64,000 bases of DNA from Callorhinchus milii (GCF_018977255.1 NW_024704743.1:18850001-18914000); one strand, 5' to 3'. Counted from the stretch's first letter, positions 12,871-24,910 are shown. The notes: generated by a model not told the origin, from the letters alone. Numbers and translations: made by a program.

Positions 12871-13249
12871 TGCAAATACTGGCTAACAAGTCCGCAAATA
12901 AAGTTAGTCATTCCCTTGCTGTTTGTGGGGAAAATTGTCTTGTGCAAATTGGCTGCTGTGTTTGCCTACAAATAATAATAATCCTTGCATTTGATACAGT
13001 GCCTTATCATGTCTTCGAGACAACCTCCTCGGTTGAAACTGGGTGACTATTTTTTTTTTTTACGTTTGATGCAGTGCCATTCGTGTCGGGAGAACATCTC
13101 AAAGTGCTTCACAAGATACAATAACTGTAAGCAACTGCTTACTGTGGACAGACGAGGCAGTCAAGTTGCACACAGCAATGTCCCGCAAACAGCCACGAAG
13201 CGAATGACCAATTTCATTTGGGGTGGGGGATTGTTGACCAGAATTTGCA

Positions 13250-14193
13250 TTCGGTGGGGAATACCTATGGGGGTTTGCAGTTGCCCGAGGGATCAATTCC
13301 GGTGGGTGGGGTGTTCGCAAATTGGTCTCGGCTTATACCGCACCACTAGATGGGAGCGTTTAGCAATCGAAATGAAAACGGGGACTGTTCTTATTACTCC
13401 AAGTCTGCTCCTTGCTCGCACCGATGTCAACGGAATACCAGAGCCGGACTCCAAATGTAGCATTGCACAGGCTGGTATGATCCGGGTTGAACGTAGGACT
13501 TTTCTGTGTGGTTTTTTTTTCCAAAAAAAAAAGGGTGGGGTGGGAATCATTTAAATATACAATACGCCAGGCAAGGAAACAACTAAATAAATCCACCAAC
13601 AAAAGAGAGGATGCACAAGAGAGAGCCCATTGACCCAGCAGCCTGGGTGGTGGGGGTAATTGTTGTGTCCTCTCAACAGGTCATAACTTTTTTTTTTCTT
13701 GCATTGTTGCTGCAAATGCAAATGCAAATGCAGAGAGAGAGAAAAAAAAAGAAACGATTGCAAATAGCTGCGCTGTGAGTGAGTTGGATAACGTGGCGTG
13801 TGTCATTGCATCGAATGCAATCTCGGCTCATTTCCACCCACCAAACCCATATAGAGTGGTGGGCGGTCGTGGGAGCCATCTCTCCCCCCCCCCCCCCACT
13901 TCCACCACCCTCCCCGTGAGAGTGACGCGACTCTCAAGCCTCCCCTCCCCTTCAGCACTGGGAACCAGAGCCACAGAGAGCACCGCAGAGAGAGAGAGAG
14001 AGAGACACACACACATACACACACACACACACGCACAGAGCATCTCTGTTAACAGTGAGTCAGTCACTCGGCGAGTGAGTGAGTGAGAAAAGGAGAAGGG
14101 AAGGGAAGGGCGATTTGGTGCTGAGCTCCAGGCGATGTCAGGGCTGTGTCAGCCTCAGTGAGGGACCAGATCTCACCAGGATCTGTGCCGCAG
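13250..14193 (+). promoter_or_regulatory. CACNB2: CACNB2 distal promoter and 5' UTR region (CpG-enriched, largely TE-free; TSS not determinable)
   Basis: Elevated CpG. Overlapping ATGCAAAT octamers at 13716-13729, GGGCGG at 13861, TGACGC at ~13923, TGAGTCA at ~14056, (AG)n(AC)n tract. Lies immediately upstream of the exon-1 ATG. Confidence 0.7.
13987..14036. repeat. Compound (AG)n(AC)n microsatellite
   Basis: agagagagagagagagacacacacacatacacacacacacacacgcac seen directly. Confidence 0.95.
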
Positions 14194-14262
14194 ATGGTCC
14201 ACAGCGACATGTCCAAAACGCAAGAGATACAGCTGGGGCTGCTGGAGAATCCCAGCATGCAG
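14194..14262 (+). CDS. CACNB2: CACNB2 coding exon 1 (beta-2d-type N-terminus), MVHSDMSKTQEIQLGLLENPSMQ
   Basis: Matches the recalled human beta-2d start MVQRDMSK...QEIQMELLEN. It is 69 nt long and ends at a strong phase-0 donor CAG|GTAAGG (GT at 14263). Confidence 0.93.
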
Positions 14263-14353
14263 GTAAGGCTGCAAACTGTGCCTCTCAACCTGCATCTCTC
14301 TCTCTCTCTCTCTCTCCCTCCCTCCCTCTATTTCTCATCTGCACATTGTACTG

Positions 14354-14393
<40 letters not shown>

Positions 14394-16405
14394 CACTCTG
14401 CAGCTCACCCCCACAACCCCATCCCCACAACCCCCAAACCCCAGCCGGAGTTTCCATCCACTTTGCCACTTGCTGCGGCTTCGCTTTGGGGAGCACGTCC
14501 AAGGCTGGACCTTTAAAAAGAGTGGACGTGTGTCCGAAAGGGCTCTTGCCCGTATTTAGTTGTTATATGTGAAAAGCGCGATATCAAATGCAAGGATTAT
14601 TATTATTATTATTATATTATATTAATCATCATCATCATCATACTGGCAAATGTGTCCCCGAGGCATTTGGGAAGTCAGGGATACTCCTGGTGTGTATGAA
14701 GATGCCTCGCAGGGAACTTTTTCGAAAGGATGGCAGTGAGGGTTTGGATGAATCCTTCATTGCACAGCAAAAGCTGGTTGCTGGGTTGCAAGCTCACCAG
14801 CTACAGGCTCACTGCCACACACAGTGCCTTATAGTCCAGCAGAGCATCTTATTGTCTAAGGTTGTTGTTCTTTAATTTTGTCTGCAGTTATTTTTTTTTC
14901 ACATCCAGTATATTGCAGTGCTCCTATCCGACCGGAAATTTGGAAATGTGCCTCACACATTATTGCACTAACCCTGAGCCTCTCACAGTTTGTACATATT
15001 TCTGATCCTAATGAGAATGCAGATTTTTTTAAATTGATTTTTCGAAAAATTATTTTTGAATGATGGAGAGGGGGGTGCTTAAGGGGGGGAATGACACGAT
15101 ATAGAATTGGACCTTGTACACAATATTGTACACTGAAAGATGTATTCTGCATTAATAATACCTAAATCATGAGCTAAATGAGCACACATTTAGTTTCATT
15201 AAACCTTTTGTTTTATATAGAAACAGAGGGTTTTGGAGTACCATCCTCCACTGTGAACCATTGTGGTCCATCTGATTGAACCCAAAGTAAAGAAGAAACC
15301 TATAATCTTACAACTACTTTACCTCATGTTATCCCACAGTCAAGTAATTCTGCCAAGTTGCTAGCAAATTCTCCCTTGAATTGTCTGACACTATCTGCCT
15401 CCATTGCTTCCCTGGTTGGTCTATTCCACTTATCCGCTATTCTACTTGTTAATATAATTAAATCTGAGCTATATGTTCACCCTCCTGAGCTTTTCCATGA
15501 GTGTCACCTTGTCCCAGGTTTTTTCACCATGTTAAATATTTTTGAGCATTTTAAACATTGTCACTAAAATATTTTATTTGACTCTCTTTTTACAACAGGC
15601 AACAGAGTATCATCAGTCCACCCTACACACACATTGCTTGTGTAATGGTTTTACTGTGACACCTCTCTTGCTTGGATCCCAGAATAAAATAGTTTGTTAA
15701 AAAAATTATCCGGGGATGCAGAATAAAGGAAAAAATGACCAGCGTTCAACTTTCTTATAAAATATACATTTCACTTAGACAGACATCCCCAACAGCCAGA
15801 AACAAATTTTCAGAATTTTTAAAATGATTTGCACAGGGATTGTTTTATAAAGTGATTACTTTGTGTGAACCTGTAAGCATTTTATTGTCTTGTGCATGTT
15901 TGCTCCATTACTTTTGTGGGGATCAGGTTCCTGGAAAACCGAACCGGTTATTGTTTGATTAAATAGTTTGATTTTCGTCTCGATTCTAATTCAGAACAGT
16001 CCAATCTGATTTTGTTGACATATTTATTTAAAAATTTCACGACTTTTAAAGGAAAGAGTTGTTTGTGCCTAATACTGTTGATAAATAATATCTTGAATAT
16101 CTTGGGATACAAGTTTGGGACATGACCTGTTAAGCGACTGCCAGGATGCTGGAAGGTGAACTGGATGGACCTTGGTCTTTCAAATTCTTATGTTCTTGTG
16201 TTTTCTTTACAAAATCAGCTTCAGTGTATTTTATAGCTGAATGTTGCTATAAGAGGCTAGAAATTAATGCAGATGTTAAAATTTCCGATAGCTTCACTTC
16301 TCAAATATACACCTTGCTTTTTTGTTGTTTTTACCTAATTGTAATAGTAGTTAATGTGCTAAGCTCCAGAAAACATAATAATCTTCTTGTCGTTTTGTCC
16401 TGAAG
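14263..16405 (+). other. CACNB2: CACNB2 intron 1 (2143 bp, GT-AG, phase 0)
   Basis: Donor gtaagg. Acceptor atcttcttgtcgttttgtcctgaag. Joining the two exons keeps the reading frame. Confidence 0.9.
14295..14397. repeat. (CT)n and (CA)n microsatellites at the start of intron 1
   Basis: (CT)n at ~14295-14317 and (AC)n at ~14355-14396 seen directly. Confidence 0.95.
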
Positions 16406-16498
16406 TCTTCCGGAAGAGGCGCAATAAGGAAGAGCAGGTTTAAAGGGTCTGATGGTAGTACCTCATCGGATACCACATCTAACAGCTTTGTGAGACAG
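16406..16498 (+). CDS. CACNB2: CACNB2 coding exon 2, [31 protein letters not shown]
   Basis: 93 nt, phase 0/0, AG acceptor and CAG|GTAAGA donor. [21 protein letters not shown] is the CACNB2 form (CACNB1 has RFKRSDG). Too short to appear in the ORF track. Confidence 0.97.
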
Positions 16499-17716
16499 GT
16501 AAGATGCTGGTTAAATTCTCCAATTGTTTTTCGCACATCACAGTGTCTTACTAGTAACGAAACAATAAACTGTAATAAACGTTTAAGCACATTTAATCGG
16601 CGGCAAGCTTGTGATATCAAAGATGTGAAGTGTGAAATTTTGCATTTCGTATTTCACTTCCACTCAAATTCGCACATTCCTAACCATGGGTTACAGCTAT
16701 CCGTGCAGAGGCAGTGATATATTAAAGAGTACCTCCTGTGGAATGCACATTTTATGTTATAACATCAGAGAATAAAGGTAATCCTTCATTACACAATATT
16801 TATGAAGGAATTGGAAAAATAACAAGAAAAACCTTTACGAGGGCTCCTTATTTCAATGGTGTATTTTTCTGGTGAAATTATAAATGGTACAGGTATAGTT
16901 CTAATGTTACCGTGATGTTACCTTGTAAGACACAGATCCCGAAATCTATTTCTTTGATTTCTTTTGGAGTTGTGATACTACATTTTTACGTTGGTCTCTA
17001 ATGATTACAATTTTGGTAGCAATTCATCCCAACCATGTACCATTAGGAAGAAGTAATTTCAGGAACAGTGTGCTTGCATCTGACACAGTATAAATAAACA
17101 AAATATACATCTGGCTACAGTACAGCATGAACACACTGGGTGTAACTAACACTGGGATCTCCCTTCAATGATGTTCTTTAATAACATTTAAAAACAATGT
17201 TATGTTTCAGTGCAAAGGCTCACATGCTCAGAATAGCAAATAATGATGTTTTGATTCTATGAAAGAAAAGCAGAGTGGGAAATGCTGGTTATAGCCCACA
17301 GTCGTACAGTACTGAAAGTGGTGAGATAACTTTGCTCCTGGTAGTATTAACTGCAGCAGAATCAATCCTCTTCATTTGGTTTGGATACCAATAAAGTTCG
17401 CACAACAAATTGCCTTGTGTGATATTTGGCAGAAACCTGTATTTGCATGCCACATGGGTATTGGCAGAATAATGTCTACATCTAATAAATCCCACAAGAA
17501 TAACACTGTTTGTAACTTTGAATGGGTGAACTTAAATTATAAAGTCATTAATCATGACATTCTTTCAGACCTAGCTGTAACTTTCACTGGGGGAGGTTAG
17601 ACATCACTCCTGCTTTTTAAAGAGGAAATATAGGGAAACTTTACCCCCAATGAAGAAATATTGAACCACTGAAATCATAAGCTAACAAACCCATTGGTCA
17701 TTCTGTCAATTCAGTC

Positions 17717-17865
17717 AGGTAAGCAGGATGTGTTCCTCCAGGGAGAGAGTGCATCTTCCATTCCAACAATCTATCTCTGGAAATTCTATGTGTAGGTGGA
17801 ATGCATGGAATTCACAATTTGGTTTGGATACTCTTAAGTATGGTGATAGGTTTCCACATGTGTCA
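17717..17865 (+). repeat. Family-U repeat fragment
   Basis: aggtaagcaggatg...cagggagagag...ttccattccaa...tggtttggata.tcttaag.atggtgat.ggtttccacatgtgtc, shared with 50356-50498. Confidence 0.75.
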
Positions 17866-18439
17866 CCCCCTCAAAAAGCATTCAGTCAGCAGTCCATTCA
17901 GGATCATTGCATTGGTCGCTGATACTCAGAAACTCCTGAGAAGCAGCATTGGATAGAAGCCAGTGGTGAGAGAAAGGAAATCCACGTGTAGCCGAGAATT
18001 GTAGGATTTGCTCTCAAACGGGCTCAGGGAGCACAGAATTGGGTGAGGTGGCGGCTGAATCAAAGGTGTGTGGGTGTGTGACAGAATTAATTGGAAAAAG
18101 GGGGAAAAAACAGGCTATTTCTTTTTTTCCAGAATGCTGGTATTGGGCTGGGTTGTGTCCATGACAACAGTGGATTTGCAAAGTCTGTCAGACCTGAGAT
18201 AGTCATGCTGGCTGCATTGCTGTAATGCAGGACTTTTGTTTGTTCTTTAATGTACAAATATAAGTACACAAGTCACTACACCTCATGGTAAAGTCCTGTG
18301 AAGCGCTTTTTGACATCTTGACGAGGCTATACCAAAGTGCAAGGATTATTGTATATCTTTAAAATTTAGAATTGCAATAGGCACAAGTTTGAATGGATGA
18401 AATGATTGTCAAAAGCTGGTATCAGACCACCTGTTACAC

Positions 18440-18990
18440 CACCCGTGCGCAACTTAAGTGTCATGTTCGATCCCCAGCTTTCCTTTCGGCTCTACATCTG
18501 TTCACTGACCAGGATCACTTTTTTCCACCTCCGCCACATTGAATGCCTCCATTCGTCACAACCGATGTAGCTGAAACCCTTGTCCACCCCTTTGTCACTT
18601 CAAGGCTGGAATATTCTAATGCCCTCCTCGCTGGTCTCCCCAACTCCACCATACACAAAATTCAATTAATCCAAAACTCCGCCGCCCGGATACTCTCATG
18701 CACAAAATTTCGTACCCCCATCACGCCAATCCTTGCCAGGCTCCACTGGCTCCCAATTATTGAATGATCAATTTCAATATCGTCTCACTCATTTTCAAAT
18801 CTCTCCATGCGCTCGCAACCTCCCTACTTATCCAACCTGCTTACCCCCCACTCCATAACCCACTGCCTTCACTTAACTGGATCCAGCCTCCTGCTTATCT
18901 TATCCTCCACTCCACCATCCGTGGTCGTACCTTCAGCCAATTCGCCCCGAAACTCTGGAACTCTCTCCCTCAATACCTCCTCCTTGATTC
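18440..18990 (+). mobile_element. L2 LINE ORF2 C-terminal fragment
   Basis: [24 protein letters not shown]...IQNSAARIL...[12 protein letters not shown]. Confidence 0.92.
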
Positions 18991-18999
18991 CTCCCACAG

Positions 19000-19216
19000 T
19001 GCCGTGGGATCTTTAACAACCACCTGATTATGCAGGTAGGACCTTAGCTTCACATCTCATCCAAATAATGGCACTTCTAACAAATACAGCACACCCCCAG
19101 CATTGCATTAGAGTTCCAGCATTCACTATGTGGGTTCCAAGCCCTCCATCAGATCTTGGAACCCACAACATTCTGACTCAAAGGTAAGAGTGCTACTAAT
19201 TGAGCCACACTGACAC
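19000..19216 (-). mobile_element. Family-A SINE 5' half
   Basis: Reverse complement of the gtcag..tggctca head and the Deu body (gggatctttaac..cacctga). Confidence 0.75.
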
Positions 19217-20541
19217 ACAAATAAGCAATATAAGTCCTAGTAAACTGCCTGCCTTGGGACATCTTTTCAGCGTGAAAGGCACTATATAAATGCAATCTGT
19301 TGTTTCTAATTTTCTCTCTGTTGCCTTGTATCTCTGCTCATGACCCACAGCCTCTTCTTGCTAAGATATGTTCCACACGTGTTTGCTGTGAGTAGGGTCA
19401 CTGAGCTTGAAAGATGATTTCATGCAAAAGTATACAGTCGCCACATTTTACAGTGAATTGTGTGAAGCGCTTTGAAACATTCCCCTGATGCGAAAAGCGC
19501 TTTATCAAATGCAAGGATTATTATTTATTATTATTTCTCAATGATGCATTTCAGCAGTTGAAGTAGAAGAAATGTTTGTGAAGTGAACAGATTTTGAATG
19601 AAAATAAAAGTAAAGCAATGGAGACCTCCTAATCTTGTACGTTCTGTTGCTCCATGATACCATCGCTCGTATGAGACGTTAAACCAAGGCCCCATCTTCC
19701 TGTACAGGTGGATGTTAAAGATCCCAATACAATATTTGACCCACATTTCACCCACAAAATAAACAGACAGTCCACTTTACTGTGAAGCGCTTTGAGATAT
19801 CTCAACGTTGCGATAAGGCACGACATCAAAGAGCAAGTAATGTTGTTGTTATTCTCTTTCCAAGTCATTTTTCTTGTCGATTTTGCCCATTCTCTCTCAG
19901 CTTTCTTTGTTATGCCATTTTTATTCTCAGTTTTGTTTCTAGCTGCCTTGTTTTACCCCTTTTCATCTCCAAACTCTTACTTCATCTCTATGTAGAAATT
20001 CATGCCCAGACAAAAATAATGCTTTCGAAATCATAATTGTCATGGTGACCTCATGGGATATTTCAGTTTCAAGGCCACCGCACAAGATTTCAATTTGTTC
20101 AGCAAACAAAAACCTGCTCAAGAACCCTTAAATTGCTCCAGAGATATGGTCGAAATTTGAAACATTGACTTAAAGTTATACCTAATCAGATAGCACTAGT
20201 TAGATTGTCACAATGACTTGTTTCTATTTGAAGGTGTGAAGTATCAATTGCCTTGCACAGCTTGGATGAAGCTGTGATACATATCATCAACAACTTTATA
20301 CAGCAGCCTTTATTTAGGAATTGGAACACATTTTGGGGTGCTTCACAATGATACTGTTGGACTCTAAGCAAGGGAGGAGGGGGCAGGTGACCACAAGTGC
20401 AGTCAAGGAGGTAAATGTTTTCAAGGATTTAATGTTAGATGGAGAGGGGGTCGTGATGAAGCGATAGAGAGGGGAGCTGGTGGGTGGTGGAACTAAGGAG
20501 ACCAGCAAGAAGTGTGGTAAAGAAGCCCACGAGCTTGCATA

Positions 20542-20908
20542 AAACAACAACAACTTGTATTTATTATAGAGCCCTCCATACCAGGCGGTGTCTCAGAGCG
20601 CTTAACAATGGCGGAGCCCGAGGCCGAGCCATGGGGGAGGGGGAAGATGACCGTAGGCGTGTTCGAAGAGGAAGATCTTCAGGCACGACCAGAAGATGGG
20701 GAAGGAGGGGCCAAGGAAAAGGGGTTGAGGGAGGGAGTTCCAAAGTTTTGTGGTGTAGTAGCTGAAGGCACAGCCACCGATGGTGGAGCAGAGGATTCAG
20801 GGGACACAGAGGATGCCGGACACAGTAGAGCGGAGGCAGGAGGTACTGGTGTGGTGAGAGAGGAGGTTAGAGAGATCGGGGGGTGCCAAGGAATGAAAGG
20901 TTTAAAAC
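20542..20908 (-). mobile_element. L2 3' end with (GTT)n tail
   Basis: aacaacaacaacttgtattt tail and gggagttccaaagtttt...gccaccgatggtgg (reverse complement of the L2 C-terminal region). Confidence 0.85.
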
Positions 20909-22977
20909 ACTAAATCCCTAAAAAAGACCTTCCAAGATACCCAGATAGCCCTGTGTAATCCACTAGTACTCATTTTAGCTAAAAAAAAAGCAACAGAATG
21001 TGAAAATATAGGAAAACTAATTTGGGGGATTCGTCCAGTTGCAAACACAGCCCACAAATACAGTTCACAGTAAAATTCTATTAAGCACTTTTGAGACGTC
21101 TCGAAAATGTGGCAAGGCACTATATCAAATAAAAGGGTTTCTACTATTAATAGTAAATTGTCTCCATTGTTATCATCTCCCCTTTTTGTGATGATAAATG
21201 ATTAAGTCAAACCCACCGAGAGTTTATTTTACAGGAAAATTAATTTTACAGCAGAGAACATGATGGCTTTGTTTTACTGTATTTGTACAATTTTTACCAA
21301 ATTACAGAAACCGTTGGCACATATTATGTTTTGTGAGATGCTCGATTTCCATGAAGTCATTGTGTGTATATTTGGATTTGTTGGGGCTGAATTAGGGGAT
21401 TTGGGGAATGGATGAAAGAGAATTCAACCTGTTTGAAATTTGAAACTAATCCTTAATGATCGCAAGGTTGAATTGCAGCACCCATGGCAGAGAATAATTT
21501 GTGGCCCTGTTTTATATCATTTTTGTTTAGTCAATGTCTTGTCCAAAAATATAGTGGCGGCGGGGGGGTTTGGGGAGCGGTGCTTAGTTTATACTGTACT
21601 TGTGTGGTAGCTGATGCTGAAACCTGAAGTTCAACACGTCTCACAGTCTAAGCCTTATGAACATTGTCTGACGATTTACGAATGTGCAGAACTGCAGAGA
21701 TGCTGAATTTGGGAATTTTCCACAGTTCTGCACAATCATACATTTTAAGTCAATGGTCTGAAAGTTATTACCTTGAGTAAGTTTTGACCTCTGATCTACA
21801 TGCAGCCAATGGCATCAATTCTGTGGCTGAGACCATCTCCTGGGCTGGGGTACTGTGAGGAGGGCTCAGAACTACATTGATTCCTCTGAAACCTGCCTTC
21901 TAGTATTGATCCAATAAATAGAGCATTAATTAAGCCAACTCTTTCTAAGCTGAAATATGCAGGCTTTAAACTTAAAAGGTATTGATTTAATTTAACTGAA
22001 GGGGAAACAATTATATCATATCGATTTTTTCCATCCCAGACATTTGGATCATCTTTATAACTGACAAACCTTTTAATCCATAATTAACTTTGCAACTAAG
22101 TATGGAATGAATCGGGTATGTTTATAATTGCAATTCTTAGCTTTTCTGTGAAGTAATTTTATAATGAATTGGAACGTTTATAAAGAATAACCTCTCCAAA
22201 TATTATCATTTAGTATTCAAATTATTGCAGAGAATTTAAGGGGAGATGGAACTTTGGAATGCGTTGGAACCCCAAATTTTAACTTCAGGTTACCGGCTTT
22301 GATTGCAGTCCAGACAAATTGAAATAAACCCCAATTTCCATTCTGAAAGGAACTCAAACGAGTCTGGGGAATCTCAACTTACTTGTAAAATTAAAATGTC
22401 TTTAGTGTGACTTAATATTATCACAGAAAAGTGGGTGGAACAGATTCCCAATGGAACGGTTAATGCTGCATCGTTTAGATGTCAGCCTGTCTCACTTCTG
22501 AGTCAGGAGATTGTGCAAGGAAATGCAAGAATTATTGTGGAGTCAGGAATTTGAGCTCTTCATCTAGGCTGATGCTCCAATGCTGGGGGTAGTGCTCCGT
22601 TGACACTAAACCAAGGTCCCATCCACATGTTTAGATTTTGCACAGTCTGTGGAGGAAATAGGCTGAATGCTCTGAATGTCCCATTGTTTCATTTTGTTCT
22701 TTAGTTCAAGTCTGTGGTGATCGTGATGTGAATGCACTTTTATATTGGGGATTATTGTTAGTGGGTTTAAATGTATCCCTGAAGAGGATAACAGGAGTTT
22801 TTGTTTGTTTATTTGTTTTATGATTTTGAAGGTTTTAAAAATAAATTTACGGTTTGAAGTTTGCTGGAGTGTTCTCACGTAAACACTATGACTGAGTTAT
22901 TTGTGGATTTTTTTGTATGAACTGTGATCTGAGAAGAGACCCCTGAGCCAAGTGTACTCAGATGTTGTTCAGTCATG

Positions 22978-23510
22978 ACAACTTGCACTTATGCAACACC
23001 CTTCACATGGAGCACTTAATAATGGCGGGGCATGATGCTGAGCTGGTGGGAGAGGGGAGGTGACCATTCACATGGTCAATGAGGAAGGTCTTCAGATGCA
23101 ATCTGAAGAAAAGCAAGGAGGAGGACAGGTGGAGGAACTCAGGCAAAGAGTTCCAGAGTTTTAGGGCATAGTGGCTGAAAACATGGCGGCTGATGGTGGA
23201 ATGCAGGGGACGAGGGAGGTGTAGAATGCAGGAGCCATCTGAGTGAAGTGGACGGGTAGTGGGATAGAAGCAGGTAAGACAGGTAGTGAAGTGTCAGTGC
23301 ATGAAGTGATTTGTTTGCAAATGAGAGAATCTTAATTAAACCATTCTGCTTCGTGGAGCCACTGGAACCTGGCAAGGACTGGGTTGTGGAGTTTGGTACA
23401 GTAGAAAATACGGGGCAGCTGAGTTCTGAATCAGTTGGAATTTATGGGTGGTGTAACTGGGAAGACTAGCTGGGAGGGCATTGAAATAAATCAACTAGGA
23501 GGGTGAGAAA
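22978..23510 (-). mobile_element. Decayed L2 3' fragment
   Basis: acaacttgcacttat tail, gagttccagagtttt, gcagctgagttctgaat. Confidence 0.8.
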
Positions 23511-23749
23511 TGTGTGAATTCATTCCAGACAGAAACTTGTGGTCTCGTGAAATTAAACTTTCAGGTACCGTACTTATTTCTCAATTATATATGATAATTA
23601 TTGTTAATGTTCAAATCTGTCACTCCTAGAATTAACTATTGGCTGAGTCCTAAATTGGAGACTATCTAGGACTTTGCCTGTAAACATGAATCTAGTGTTT
23701 CATGTTTGGTTGTGAATTCCGCCTTGTACTGTGATGTAAATCACTGAGA

Positions 23750-24910
23750 ACAATTGGATTATATATTTACTCACTAGACAGAGTTACACTATTGGTTATA
23801 GACTGGATACAATTAGATTGCAGATGTTAATCTACAAAATAATAATAATAATCCTTGCATTTGATATAGCACTTCTCATGTCTTCTAGACGTCTCAAAGC
23901 GCTTCACAGAATAGACTGTAAAGTGAATTGACTGTATATTTGTGGGCGAAATGCAGCAGCCAATTGCGCACAGCAGTGTCCCACAAACAGTCATGGATTG
24001 AAGTGACCAATTTCTTTTTTTTCTTAAGGGATTATTACCAGGCATGTGGAGTAAGGAAACTTACCCAAGGTTTCACCCTGTCGGGAATCGAACATGAAAC
24101 ATGAATCTAGTGTTTCATGTTTGGTTGTGAATTCTGCCTTGTACTGTGATGGATGACTCGCAAAGCGAGTGCTCTAACCACTGAGCTATAATAGACAGTC
24201 ACTACATATTACAGTGTATCATTTGAAGCGAATGGAGACATTCTCCCAATGTGAAAGGCACTATGCCAAATGCAAGGATTATTTTTGTAAATATTACAGA
24301 CTAGATACAGATCAAATAGTTACAGACTATAATAGTTACAACAAGTTGACTTGGTATAGCGATCTTCATGTGGGGTATTGCTGAGTACAATTACACTGAA
24401 TTGTTTCAAGCAAGACACATTTAAGCTGAATAGTTACAGACTGTTCCACTAAATAATAATAATCCTTACATTTGATATCCAGCCTTATCACATCATAAGC
24501 ATCTCAAAGCACTTCACAGGATATACTGTAAAGTGGAATGACTATATTTTGAGACGAAACACGGCAGCCAATTGCACACAATAATGTCCCACAAATATAA
24601 ATAGTTACAGACTGAGTACAGTTGTATAGTATAATAATAATAATGCTTGCATTTGATATAGCGCGTTATCACATCTTCGAGACTGCTTAAAGCGCTTCAC
24701 AGAATATACTGTAAAATGAATTGACTGTATATTTTGTTTGCGAAAGCATGAGCCAATTGCGCACAGTAGTTACAAACAAAAAACAATTATGTTAAATAGT
24801 TACAAACCAGACACAGCTACTTAAATGGCTGCAGACTAAACACAGTTGAATGAAATAGTTATAAATGAGTCACAGTTAAATTGTTTAGAGACTAAACAAA
24901 GTTACTCATA
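23750..24910. repeat. Degenerate minisatellite (core AATAGTTACAGACT) interrupted by several SINE pieces
   Basis: Core or close variants at ~24315, 24331, 24429, 24599, 24766, 24794, 24853 and 24880. Confidence 0.7.
23839..24190 (-). mobile_element. Family-B SINE with a 55-bp templated insertion in its head
   Basis: Full tail and body. The head is interrupted at ~24091-24155. Confidence 0.88.

Noticed and set aside
12985..13554. 189-aa ORF upstream of the promoter
   Set aside because: Its first half is an antisense Deu-SINE fragment. It has a non-ATG start, no domain and no splice support.
14490..14530. Possible counterpart of the beta-2c alternative exon (ctggacctttaaaaag resembles the LDLLK codons)
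   Set aside because: There is an in-frame TAA, no suitable ATG and no convincing donor.
14146..14559. 137-aa ORF covering exon 1
   Set aside because: Only 14194-14262 is CACNB2-like. The rest reads through the donor into intronic microsatellites.
23750..24910. CRISPR-like repeat-spacer array
   Set aside because: The context is eukaryotic, units are degenerate and irregular, the intervening sequences are SINE fragments, and there are no cas genes.
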